DNA of 64,000 nucleotides from the NCBI GenBank assembly GCA_002104905.1, contig MCFE01000135.1:1-64000 (forward strand), given 5' to 3'. Below the pieces are notes generated by a model. That model saw only the letters and a program-made list of their open reading frames with translations, did no database searches and was not told the DNA's origin. Positions 48,935-62,109 of this stretch are shown here, in pieces. Origin of the DNA: Basidiobolus meristosporus CBS 931.73. Lineage: Eukaryota; Fungi; Basidiobolomycota. The position numbers and the translations under genes were made by a program. How positions within the stretch are numbered: position 1 is the stretch's first letter; every line of letters begins with the position of its first letter.

Positions 48935-51900
48935 GGTTGTGAGAGTCTTGGAGATATTGGAAGTGATTTGGAGAACAAGTAGATTATGTGGTTTCACTTA
49001 ATGATTTATTGAATGTAAAAGTAGTATTTATACTTTTACCTGGTCTTGGCATTACAAACACATAGAATAGGCTAAGGAAGGTCCCAAGAACATGTGTGCA
49101 AAGTTTGGAGTTGTTTGGACAACTTTGAGAATTTTCATGTTGTGGGTACCTGGGATTTTGGTGAAAATATTCTAAGTAAATCCCAACAAGGAATTTGGTC
49201 AGTATTCCCTAGGATTTGAAGGTGATGATCTAAGTGACTAAGTTAGGTGAATATTTAGGTGGAAATACAAATTTTACAACACTCCCACTCAGCTAAATGT
49301 TCATACTGACTAGTCCTAATCTTGACCTAAGATATTCAAACTTGTCTCTAGCTGATGGTTTGGTAAATATGTATGCAATCATTTCATCTGTAGGACAGTA
49401 AATTAAGCTAACTAAGTTATTCTCTATAGCTTCACGTATGAAATGATGTCTAACATCTATGTGCTTGGTTCTAGCATGAAAAGTTGGATTTCTACCTAAT
49501 TGTATACATCCTTGATTATCTTCAAATAAAGTAATAGGCGTTTTTTGACATATGCCTAAATCTGTAAGGAGCTTTCTTATCCACATTGCTTCTTTTGTAG
49601 CTTCACAGGCTGCCATATACTCTGCCTCTGTAGTAGAAAGTGCTACGGTTGGTTGCTTTCTTGAACTCCACAAAATTGCTCCTTTACAGTAAAGAAAGGT
49701 GTATCCTGTGGTGGATCTTCTGTCTTCCAAATTTTGTCCCCAATCAGCATCAGACTATCCCACAAGATCCTGTTCTGAGTCCTTATAAGTGTATCTTAAG
49801 CTGATATCAGCAGTTCCTTTTAGGTATCTAAAAATCCGCTTAACTGCTGCAATATGATCAGATCCATAATTCTGATTATGTTGGCTGACAACTCCCACTG
49901 AATATGAGATATCCGCTCATAGACTCTTAAGGAAAGTCAGGGCTTTCAGATGGCACCAAGCTCTCTTGATTTGGTTGAGTTTTGACCAAGTTAAGGTTTG
50001 TCTCCATTGGGGTAGCAGCTGGTTTACAGTCTTCCATTTTGTACTTCTTTAGTATATCTTGAATATACTTGGATTGGCTTAGGGTAATAGTCTGGGTACT
50101 TCTGTCTATGGAGAACTTAATCCATAAGCAGTAACTAAGTTCTCCTAGATCAGACATCTTGAACTCCTTAGATAGGCTGGATTTAGTCTCTTCCAATGTT
50201 TCTAGGTTATTGGCGGCTATAATAAGATCATCCACATATAGAGTTAATAGAACTGGATTTGCTCTATCTGGCTTATAGTATATACTATAATCAGCATTAC
50301 TTCTTTTGAAACTCAAAGATTCCAAATAAGAATCTATCTTGCAATTCCAGGCTCTTGGTGATTGTTTGAGACCATATAGTGACTTTTTAAGCTTGCAGAC
50401 CAAATGGGGGTTATCTTGGTCAACAAACCTATCAGGCTGGTCCATATACACGTCCTCATCTAGTTCTCCATTCAAAAATGCAGTTTTTACATTCATTTGA
50501 TGAATAAAAAACTTATATTTGGCTGCAATAGCCAATATTAATCTGATGGAGTTAAACTTGGCTACCGGTGCAAAGGTCTCAGTATAGTCAAGTCCTTTTG
50601 TTTGAGAGTATCCTTTGGCTACAGGTCTTGCTTTGTATCTTTCAATTGTACCATCAGCCTTGTATTTTGTCTAGAAGACCCATCTGCATCCAATTGATTT
50701 TTGGTTGATTGGTAATTTGACTAAGTCCCAAGTTTGATTTTCCATCAGTGCCTGATATTCCTCAGTCATTGCAGATCTCCAAAACTTTGTCTGAGGGCTA
50801 TTTAGGGCCTCTTTTACAGTCTGGGGCTCATCAATATGGACTGAATAGGCATAGGCTAAGTTTGTACCCTCATTGAAATAGTAATTTGGGCTATTTCTTG
50901 TCCAATTTGATCTCCAGACATTTGATACTGGAATGATCACTTCTGGGATATTCCTGGGCACTGATTCTGGCTGAACCACAGTTGTAGAGTCCTCTGGAGT
51001 GAGAAAATTTTCATTGTTTTGCTCTGATTCAATCCTGACAATTGGTGGACTTGAGATCAAATTTTCATCATCATTTGATATCATTTTTTGTGAAAATTTT
51101 GAATTTTCATCAAACAACACATCCCTGGACTTGATAAGCTTCTTTGCTTTGGTATTGTAGAGTATGTATGCCTTACTCTCATTGCAGTAGCCCAAAAATA
51201 TGCATTTTTCACTTTTTGGATCAAGTTTTGACTGATTTCCAGCCAGCTTTTTGGCATATGCTGTACACCCAAATATTCTTAGATGTTCTGCACTTGGTCT
51301 GTATCCACACCATGCTTCAAATGGAGTAGAATCACAAAGTATTCTGTTATAACTCCTATTTTTAAGGTATACAGCAGTGGCAACTGATTCTGCGCAAAAA
51401 TCATAGGATAATTGTTGATCATGGATCATAGATCTTGCCAAATCAATTATTAATCTGTTAGATTGTTCTGCTACTCCATTTTGCTGTGGGGAGTATGGTA
51501 CAGTAGTCTCTTGCTTTATCCCATGAATTTTGCAGAAGTGGACAAAGAGTTTTGAGGTATATTCTCCACTATTGTCAGAGCGTATTTTCTTGATTTTTTC
51601 ACCAGTTTCTGTTTCCACCATGGCTTTAAGCTCCCTGAACTTAGACAGAGCTTCTTCCTTCCTCTCCATGAAGTAGACCCATGTGTATCTTGTATAATCA
51701 TCAATAAAAGTGATTAAATACTCATCCCATCTAAGGATAAATTTTGCATAGGTCCACACAGATCTGAGTGAATTAGATCTAATTTTATCTTAGTTTTGAT
51801 TAACCCAAAGCTCTTGAACGGTTGTCTGACTTGTTTCCCATATATGCAGGCTTCACAGTGCTCCAATTTAGCTGGGGGATCAATTTTCACTCCAGAAATT

Positions 51901-53581
51901 GGCTGATATTTGATCATTTTGCGCAAATAATCAAAATTGATGTGCCCAAATCTCCTGTGCCAAGGCATTGGTCTTTCTTCATTTAAGTTACTTATATTAG
52001 CTTCTAGATATGATGGAATATAAGTCAACTTGTATAGATTCTGATCTCTGATGCCTGAAGCAATATGAGCACCATTTTGATCAGTGATCCTGCATCCAGA
52101 ATTGTCAATACTGAAACTGAGTTCTTCTGCTGCGGCCTTGCTTACAGAGAGTAGGTTCTTGGCTATTTCTGGTACATAAAGTACTTCTTTAAAGGTCAGT
52201 GTATGGCTTCCTTCACTGCTTCTAAGGTTTACTTGGATAGTTCCTTCTCCCACTGCATCAAGTGTTCTATTGTTACCCATGAAAACCTTCATAATTGGAA
52301 ATTCTTGATATTGGGTAAAAAGTTCTTTTTGGTGTGTAAAGTGTTGAGAAGCTCCAGAGTCAATATACCACGTCTGAGAATCCTTGTTTGTGGTCATATT
52401 TAGTGCAGACATGAATAGTCTATCTTCAGTTGTTGCAGCATTTCCATTCTTAGGCTTCTTCTGCTGATAATCTCTCTTTTTGAAATACCGGTCTGATGTG
52501 CGTCCTTTCCTTTTGCAGTAGTTGCAAAATAGGTTGCTGTTGCCTTTGTAGGGTCTTGGATACCTCCTTTGTTGGTTATCACTGCTTATTAAAGCATTTT
52601 CTTCTTCCTTCTTATTGGCGCTTGATTTTCTCAATTCTTCATCCAGGAGCCTTCCATATACGTAATTTAAGGTCAAATCTTCAGTTCTGGACTCTAGGGC
52701 TGATACAAGGCCCTGAAACTTGTCTGTCAGGCTATTCAGGATGGTAACTATCACATCCTCATCAGTAGTTTGTACGCCCACAGATTCCATCTCATCTACC
52801 AGCAGGGTAATTCTGTTAATTAGATTTTTCATTTCTTCTCCTGGCAGCATCTTTGTAGTAAAGAATTTTTTTCTCAGATACATTTTCTTGGCAGCTGAAC
52901 ATGACTGGTAGGTGTCTTCTAATGCCTTCCAGGCATTCTTTGCTGTTTTAGCTCTTGAGCATTGAATTAACAATTTGTCCTTGACATTAAGGCAAATGCA
53001 GTTAAAGGCACTTTGTTCTTTCCTCTGGTACTTTAAGGCTTCCTCTCCCACATTTTTAGGAGGGTATTCTTCTCCCATGACAATATCCCAAAGGCCTCTT
53101 TCTTGTAGCAGCATCTTCATCTTCACCTTCCACACTTGGTAGTTAGAGCCATCCAACTTTTCAGCAGAGGGAAAAATTCCAGTAATAGCAGTAGTACACA
53201 TTGCAGAGAGTGACAGCTTGGGGCTCATAACCTGTTGTAAGAGTCTTGGAGATATTGGAAGTGATTTGGAGAACAAGTAGATTATGTGGTTTTCACTTAA
53301 TGATTAATTGAATGTAAAAGTAGTATTTATACTTTTACCTGGTCTTGGCATTACAAACACGTAGAATAGGTTAAGGAAGGTCCCAAGAACATGTGTGCAA
53401 AGTTTGGGGCTGTTTGGACAACTTTGAGAATTTTCATGTTCTGGGTACCTGGCATTTTGGTGAAAATATTCTAAGTAAATCCCAACAAGGAATTTGGTCA
53501 GTATTCTCTAGGATTTGAAGATGATGATCTAAGTGACTAAGTTAGGTGAATATTTAGGTGGAAATACAAATTTTTGCAAAA
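48935..53581 (-). mobile_element. Full-length Ty1/copia retrotransposon with disabled ORF; LTRs 48935-49281 and 53233-53581, TSD AAGAT
   Basis: The LTRs differ at about 15 of 348 positions by eye. PBS is GGTTATGAGCCC and PPT is GAGTGGGAG. Domains run gag (KLDGSNYQVWKVKM), CCHC, protease (WYIDSGASQH), integrase (IRSDNSGEY), RT (YVDDLII) and RNase H. Lesions are a frameshift near 51720, a stop at 50671 and a deletion near 49930. Confidence 0.95.
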
Positions 53582-55260
53582 AAGATAGGGGGTATTTGTT
53601 TGAGCATTAGCTTTCCACTGGCAGCAATGCATTTGCTTTTCAACAATATCCCTTTACTGACAACCAAGTTGTATGTGGGGCATTTCAAGCTTTGAGATAT
53701 CAGCAATTTGCAAGAATAGGCAAGATATTTGAGAGTATCTGCTACACTAAGACTTCTCACAGGCTCCAATCAACATTTGTATGCTTATGCAAAAATACAA
53801 GTGCAAGAACTGGATGAACTGGATATGCAGTTATTCAAGTTGCCTTCTCAAGCCATTTGTACCAAGAGTACACTGGAAGCATTAGGAGTCATACCTGGAC
53901 ATTGTAGAATATTTATCCAGAAGCAGATCACCAATGCCAACTTAACAAATTTGCAGCTTTGGTGCAATGAGCTTGTTTTGGGATTTGAGCACCTATACTA
54001 CAAGCATAAACTGAATGTGTAGATCTCTGCTACCACTCTATCCATTTGCTACTCCATTTAGCATGGTGTGTTCAGAATATTGCACCTTGCTTCAACTTTT
54101 GGGAGTATCCTATGGAGCAGATGTGTGGGGAGATAGGAAGACAAGTCAAGTTGCAGGTCCTACTCAGTTGTATCAGGAATATTACCTTCAAGTCTGTCAT
54201 GGATTTGATGAGTTGGCATATGAAGGACATCCAGGAAGAGTTGGAAAATACTGAGGACAGATGTTCACACTGAGATACCAAGGCCTATGGCATTAAGAAC
54301 CAAAGCAGCCCCAATGCATTGGTAATCAGTCAAGTAATGTCAAGTTGGGTTGGATGCATCAATCAACTAGTTTTTATTAGTAAGGCTCTACCAAGGTAAA
54401 CCTAATTTCTCTTGGTCACAAGCCAACTTCTGCACCATTCAGTATGGAGGTCACACAAACAAGAGCCAGAGCACACCTATAAGGGGACTAGAATCTATTA
54501 GGGAGAAGGAATATATTGGCTTAATACCTGGAAGTTATTTGCAGATATTCAGGAGATATTCATGGCAGAAGTGGTAACAACCAGGCATATGTTTGCAAGA
54601 TGTATGTTACCAGCAGCACAAGGTACATGGCAACTTTACAAGCTTCACACTAAAAAGCTGTAAAGTTGAGGTGATAGAAGTATGTCAATTGTGGCAGGTA
54701 TGCATGTTTGTAGAGGTTAGTAAGCAGGAGGACAAATTTTTTTAATTCAAAGCATATGTGGAATGCCGAAGGTAGTAGTGGGTAAGCAAATAAAGAGTGG
54801 TGACTCTACAGTGGAATGTATGAATTGCATCAGGTGAGATAGAAAAAGGAAATACCATTTAGTAATTTTGTACAGTAGCATCATACATAACTAGCTGTAG
54901 GCCGCTATACTGTCATGATAATACCATCAGAGGCTTGCAAAGAGGCCATCACAAAACTGCCAAGTTTTTTGCCATATAAGGCAATTGAATGTACAGGCAG
55001 TTAGATCTACTCAAATAGCTGTAAAGTGCACTGAGACCTTAACAATGCCATGTACAGTGGGTAAAACACAGTACAAAAACTGTTGAATTTTATCAACTTT
55101 ATATGGCTGTAAATTATCAAATCACTGCTGCAATCTTGTTGCAAGATGGTGTACATGCTCATTGATTCCAAGCTGCTGGTATTACAATGGTCTCCTGATG
55201 GGATCTTGACAGTTGATCCAGATTGGATCCACCTGCAGGACCAAATTATCTCTCACAGGG

Positions 55261-56400
55261 AAGGGCTCTCCAGTTAATTGATGGATTACAAAAAAATAGC
55301 TGGGTTTTGCACATGGTCAAATTTGCAGTTTGCAAATTTCTAAGCCTGTATGTCTTCTTCATAGCCATTGATCTTCATTCTTACTGGCTGAGCAACACAG
55401 TTGATTATGTCAGAGTTCCCATCAACCGTTAAAGCTGAAGTTGATCTGGTGGGTTTTGAGATGATTTCAGCTTTTTAGGCAAATTTTTCTGACATGTACT
55501 CATGTGATACTCTTTATACATGATGATCTTGGAAGATACTTGGTTGATTGCTCCATCCAAATATACTAACTTCCCTGAGTTTGAGGTTATTTGGGACAAG
55601 TGTTCTTCCATCATATGGAATGTGTGTTCTGAGTCTTCTTCAAGTTCATCTTCCTTGTTACTAGGCTCAACTGCTTTGATGTGGTTGGAGATTATTGTTG
55701 ACTGGTGTCCATTTCTTCTCTGAGGGCAGTACTTTGCAATATGTCCATGTTGGTGGCAACTAAAGCAAAATCCTTTCTTTTTACTTTCTTCTGAGGTGCA
55801 ATTCTTGTGCATATTCTATTTCCATTGGTACTGCCTCTGATTGTCTTCCTTTAGAGCGGCTATAGCCTCACTGATTAGTCATTGTGGGCTTCCCAACTCC
55901 AAATACAGCTGAGTCATAGTCCATGGCAATCATGTAGGCTTCTTCAATAGTCAGTGGTCTTTGATAATATACTTCCTTGCAATTTTTACTTTTAACCCAT
56001 CAATATAGTATTCCACTTGATCCAGGGAGTCCATTCTTTCAACTTGTCCAGGTAGAAGTCTACACTCATATATGTAATCTTGAGCCATTTCTTTCTGTTG
56101 GAGTGTTGCCAGTTTCCTTCCTAGTAGTGTCTGCTGGTGGGGAGATTCAAAGGCATCTTGAATTTCCAACATAAACTCATCCCCAGTAGAGAAAGAAGAG
56201 CATCCCATTATAGTGGCTGACCTGATCATGTTGTGGTATCACTGCAAAGCTGCATCTGTCAGGTAAGATGCATACTGTAACTTGCTTTCTGGGGCAATTC
56301 CTTTAGCCTTAAATGCTTCTTCAACCTGGAAGAGCAAAGTTCCCAGATTTTCATTGACTTTAGTATGGTGCTGTTTTTGAACATCTATTCTTGATGTATA
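55261..56400 (-). mobile_element. Ty3/gypsy element 2, gag and protease part
   Basis: Contains a retrotransposon gag remnant (YYIDGLK), zinc knuckle CFSCHQHGHIAKYC and protease end NPSINW. It is contiguous with 43421 after removing CMC copy 2. Confidence 0.8.
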
Positions 56401-56889
56401 CTGCAGTAGCAACAGATCCAGCCAAAAGCATGTAGTTCATTCCCTTATCATGTAGCATACATCTTCTCATCTCTACAATTCTTCTTATGGCACATTTGCT
56501 TCTCCATTATGATATGGAGTATGTAGAGCAGCAGTCTGTTGAAATATACCTGCAGATGAGCAGTATTATGGAAATGCCATTGAGCAATATTCCCTCCATT
56601 GTCACTTTGAGGTACCTTCAATCTACATCCAGTTTGTGTTTCTGCCAAGATCTTTAAGTACTAAATGTCTTCAGAGCCTCATCCTTTGTCTTGAGTCAGT
56701 ACACCTACATTTATCATATCTTGTCATCAATAAATGTCACAAAGTATCTCATGGCTCCAAAGGACAGTCATCTTATGGGCCCATGTATTTCTGAGTGCAC
56801 AATAGCCAATACATTGGTGGCACTAATGCCTCCTGAGCTCCTTGTATGTTGCCTAGCTTGTTTGCCATATGAGCATCCCTTTCAGACAC
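56400..56889 (-). mobile_element. Inverted fragment of copia integrase
   Basis: Reverse-complement homolog of about 58420-58830 (MAETQTGCRLKVPQSDNGG). Confidence 0.75.
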
Positions 56890-59800
56890 TTTGCCACTTT
56901 CTTCAGATCGATGATCTTATCATTATTCCCTTATAGTCAGGATCAAATTAGCACTAATACTAGCTATTATGTATCAACCCTGAAACTGTTACAGAATGCT
57001 CCTGAATACTGAGAAACCCTCCGTACTTAGTGTTACAGCTGTATTACTTCTACAAAGGTACAAATACTGAGCTTCTTTATTAATAAACAACAGTTCAACT
57101 ATTATCACTATTTCTTTATAAGTTCCTTGTATTCAAATCCCTTCTTAAGTTGCAACAGGTTATGAGCCCCAATTGGCTTATTCTACTCTCAAGATGACTT
57201 CTACCAGCAAACAGAACAACACAAACATCTTCCCTGTAAAGAAGAGGTTTGATGGAAAGAACTACAGACTTTGGAGAAACAAGATGCAGATCCACCTTGA
57301 TGAAAGGAAGCTTTATTGGAGAAATCCATGCCTCAAATACTGCCAATGCAGCATGGGAATCCTTAGAGAAGATCTTTAGGGCAACGTTGGTATCAAGCAA
57401 GCTTTATTTAAAACAAAAGTTCTTCAACATGAGGAAGAAGCCAGATGATGACATGCTGCAACTCACTACCAAAATGGAGACACTTGAAGAAGAACTTTAC
57501 AGTATTAATGCTGGTGTAGATGATGAAGAAAAGATACTCTGCCTGCTTTGCAGCCTACAACACAAGTATGGGCCACTCATACTTTCTTGTGAAAGCAGAG
57601 AAGACAACTTGACTTTAGACTATGTCAAAGGATTATTTCTCCATGAAGAACTTAGATGTAATGATCAAGCAGTGAAAACTGAAGATAATGCTTTATTCAG
57701 GTGAGAAAGGCACTCAGAAAAGAAGGGAAAACAACAAAACCAAAGAAAACCTGGTTACTGCAACTATTTTCAAAAGCCAGGACACTGGGCAAGAGAATAC
57801 AAGAAGAAACAAGCAGACAAAAAACAGAAACAAGAGCAGGCAAACCATATAACTACTGATGAACAGTTATTTGTAACCATGCAAGAGAGTGCAAGTAACC
57901 AAAGTAAAGAATGGTAAATTGACTCTGTAGCATCACGGCATATTTGTGGTATAAAGGAGTGGTTTGGAAGCTTAAAAACTACTGCCATAAGAAAGGTTTA
58001 TCTAGGAGATAATGCTGCTCTGGAAGCTACCACAAGTGGGTCTATACAACTAAATATGAGCAATAGCTCAGGGGCAACTACAGCAAGACTCACTGACGTA
58101 CTCTATCTACCTGGAATAGCTAAGAACCTACTCTCAGTCAGTAAAGCAACTGCTCAGGGACTGAAATTTGTTTTTACTAAGATGAGCTGCTCAATATTGA
58201 GTGAGAATGGACAAAAATTAGCTCCGGGAATCAGAGATCACAATATATACAAGTTACCATGCAAAATCATTGTACCTGAGTATGTCAACATTGCTTAAAC
58301 TGATGAAACCAACTGGGAGACGTGGCATAGGAGGCTAGGACAAATTGGGGAACAGGAAATGAGCCAATTGGTGAAAAATCAGTTTGTTTTGGGCCTACAA
58401 TACTCAATTCAAATCAAATTGAATGTTTGTAAGGGATGTTCATATGGCAAACAAGCTAGGCATTGTTTCAAGAGCTCAAAAGGCATCCATACCACCAAAA
58501 TATTGGCTATTGTACACTCAGACATACGTGGCCCCATGAGAACACTGTCCTTTGGTGCCAAGAGATACTCTATGACGTATGTTGATGACCAAACAAGATA
58601 TACATGGGTGTACTTTCTCAAAACAAAGGTTGAAGATTTGGAGACATTTTGGCACTTCAAGAACATGGCAGAAACACAAACCAGGTGTAAACTGAAGGTA
58701 CTACAAAGTGACAATGGAGGTGAATACTGCTCAAAGAAGTTTCCAAAATACTGCTTGTCTACTGGTATACTTCAACAGACTACAATTCCTCATACTCCAC
58801 AGCAAAAGGGAGTAGCAGAACATGCAAATAGAACAATTGTAGAGATGGGAAGATCTATGCTACATGATAAGGGAATGGATTACAAGTTCTGGGCTGAATG
58901 TGTTGCTACCACAGTATACATCAAGAACAGATGCCCAACAACAGCGCTATGCAATTCCACACCCTTTGAAGCATGTACAAACAAAAAACCAGATTTCCAG
59001 CACCTCAAGATCTTTGGCAGTGATGCTTTTTATCAAATCCCTGACAAAAAACACTCAATGTTGGAACCAAAGAGTAGGAAAGGGATCTTTCTTGGGTATT
59101 GTAAAGATACTAAAGGGTATAGAGTGTATGATGGCAAAATTTAGAAGCTGATCAAGAGCAGGGACATTGCATTAGAAGAGAATTCAGATCAGAAAGCCAC
59201 AGAAGTCATTGGCCAGCTGCCTGATGATGCAATCAATACTAATGAAGAATTTGTGTACCAAATCCAGCCAGATACAGAAGATACATCTATCAGTTACAGA
59301 TCAGAACAGATTATCCCAGTTAGGAGATTTATCAGAATGTAAAAACGCCAATAGGATGTAGATGGGTCTACAAGATGAAGAAAACCTCAAATGGTGCTGT
59401 TGATAAGTACAAGGGTAGATTGGTGGCTAAAGGCTATTCCCAGATCCAAGGACTAGACGTTAAGGAAACATTTGCTCCGGTTGCCAAGCATAACTATATT
59501 AGGACAGTTCTAGCCCTGGCAGCTGTAGTCAATCTAGATCTACACCTAATGGACGTGAAAACAGCCGTTCTAAATGGAGATCTGTAAGAAACTATATATT
59601 TGGAGTAACCAGAAGATTTTACCAATCCCAAAGACCTCCACAGGTGTGCAAACCTAGAAAATTGTTGTATGGGCTTAAGCAGGCACCTAGAGCATGGTAT
59701 AACAAGATTGACACATATGTAGAAGAAACTAGGTTCTCTTGAAGCACTGCAGATCACAGTCTATATGTGAAAGAGCTCAAAAAGGGTGTGATCATCCTAG

Positions 59801-61158
59801 TTCTTTATGTGAACAACCTAATTATAGCTTTAAGTGACCAAGAGGCACTTATACAGATGAAATCAGATCTCTTCAGCAAGTTTGAGATGAAAGATCTTGG
59901 AAAATTGAGCTATTTTCTTGGAATTGAGGTCAAATTTGACATATCTGCACAGAAAATTGTGCTGAATCAGTCTAAGTACAATAGGGACATTCATAGATGC
60001 TTCAAAATAGAAAATTGCAAACCTGCAGCTACCCCTATGGACAATAACCTGAAATTAAGCAAATCTCAGCCGGTTATAGATGAAAACAGATCAACTATGG
60101 ACCAAAACATTCGCTATCAATCAATGGTTGGTAGCTCAATGTACTTGATGATGTCTACAAATCCAGATATTGCAGTGGCAGTTGGAATAGTCAGTCAATT
60201 CATGCTGAATTAAGGATTAGATCAAATTCTAGTAGTTAAGCGGGTTTCAGATATCTACAAGGTACCACAAATATGGTACTGGAATACCCTGGAGCAGCTA
60301 ATAGGCAAAAATTTGATGGTTATAGTGATTCAGATTGGGATAGGGATCTGATTGACTGACGCTCTACCACAAGCTATGTATTTCTTTATGCTGGTGCAGC
60401 TATTACTTAGAATTGCAAGAAACAACCAAATGTGGCCCTACCTACAACTGAAGCAGAATATATGGCTGCATGTCAAGCAACTAAGAAGGCTATATGGCTA
60501 ACAAAATTATTCAAAGCCTTAGGTTTTAATTCAGATGAACCAACATGTATTTAAAAGAATAATCAAAGTTGTATTTCATTAGTTAGAAATCCTACTAATC
60601 ATGCCAGAACTAAGCACGTTGATACAAAGCATCACTTTGTGAGGGAAGCTGTAGAAAATAAATTAGTAGAGTTAGTGTACTGCCCAACTAACAAGATGGT
60701 GGAAGATATATTGACAAAACCACTGGCTAGGTCACAATTTGAGAATCGCAGAGAGGTATTAGGATTAAGAAATTATATAGTTCAGGGGGAGTGTTGAATT
60801 ATTGGACTATTTGGTAGCATTCTGCAGCTAAAAATTTACTTAGCAATTCTGGACTAGTCTTGGCCACAATGGGACTAGTTTACAGCTTCAACTTTGCCAC
60901 TTTCTTCAGATCTATGATCTTATGATTATTCCCCATAGTCAGGATCAAATTAGCACTAATACTAACTATTATGTACTAACCCTGAAACTGTTACAGAATG
61001 CTCCCAAATATTAAGAAACTCTTCTTACTTGGTGTTACAGCTGTATACTTCTACAAAGGTATAAATACTGAGCTTCTTTTTCAATAAACAACAGCTCAAA
61101 TATTATCATTATTCCTTGATAAGTTTCTTATATCCAACTCACTTCTTATATTTCAACA
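56890..61158 (+). mobile_element. Ty1/copia element 2, degenerate; truncated 5' LTR 56890-57157, 3' LTR 60792-61158
   Basis: PBS GGTTATGAGCCC at 57158 and PPT AGGGGGAG at 60784-60791. Gag, protease, integrase (LQSDNGGEY), RT (YVNNLII) and RNase H remnants carry many stops and frameshifts. Confidence 0.9.
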
Positions 61159-62109
61159 TTGTCCTGATGAGTCATTGGTAAATTTTTGTTGGATGCCACT
61201 TGGCTTCACTAATATACTACACTCTATATTAAACTTGTTGTGTCAGATAGTGTTATAAATTGTCTGTCAGATTGTAGTGTAGGACTGATCTGGCCCTCTA
61301 TGGTACCATCCAACACTATAAATTCTTCCACAATGCCATTATTAGTAAGCAGCTACTGGTAATCTTCCTCAAACTTGCCTATTTAGCTCAGAATAGTACT
61401 TTTACTGCTTTATTTACTACTCATGATGCTCTAGACACACTTTTCCCGTGGATGTATTCCTGTGTGACCATACAGTACATTGGTAAGTGTCTTAGGGTGT
61501 TGGATGTGGTGTTGAGAACTACAGGATTATTTTGTTATTCAGCTGTAGATTTGCTGATCAAATTATTGAGTTTGTACCTTTGATAAGGTAGGGCAAATAA
61601 GTGTGTAGAGTTTGTGAAGGAAAATCCCTAAATAACATGTGCATAGGTAGGGATCTATTGGACAATTTTGAGAATGGTCATAATTTGGCCATTGGATAAG
61701 CTGGTGAGAATTTTTCAATCAAATCTCAACAAAGTGCAATGCTCATATCAATTCAACAGCATGCCAAAAAATGTGAATGTTATTCACTTGATCAGTGTAT
61801 ATACTCTGAAACATGAATCAAATCTGAGCATACTGCCAATTATTATTCAGCTACACTTGCAGGCGTTATGCCACTTTATTTGAGCAAGATTGGTTTATTG
61901 CTGCTGAATTAGAGATGTAGTTTTTTCTCCAGTCAATCTAGATCATCCATAGTTGCAGTATACAATGTATTTCACTTTGACTATTCCCCATATATTTGCA
62001 ACTGGATCCAGATACCTACTATTCTCATGTATTTTATATATGATCTTTAGTTACCAGTGGCTGGTCAGCAAAATAGTAGCCTTATTCTTCACCAGTTAAC
62101 CTAGAGTTC

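Larger units (their letters stand above)
43426..55260 (+). mobile_element. CMC/CACTA-like DNA transposon copy 2 (about 5.7 kb native), TSD AAGG, hosting two solo LTRs and a full copia
   Basis: TIRs are CCCTATGAAAAATTATT / AATTATCTCTCACAGGG, with AAGG at 43422-43425 and 55261-55264. Removing the element restores an open gypsy frame (NPSINWRALATHIQKD...). It is the inverted homolog of copy 1. Confidence 0.87.
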
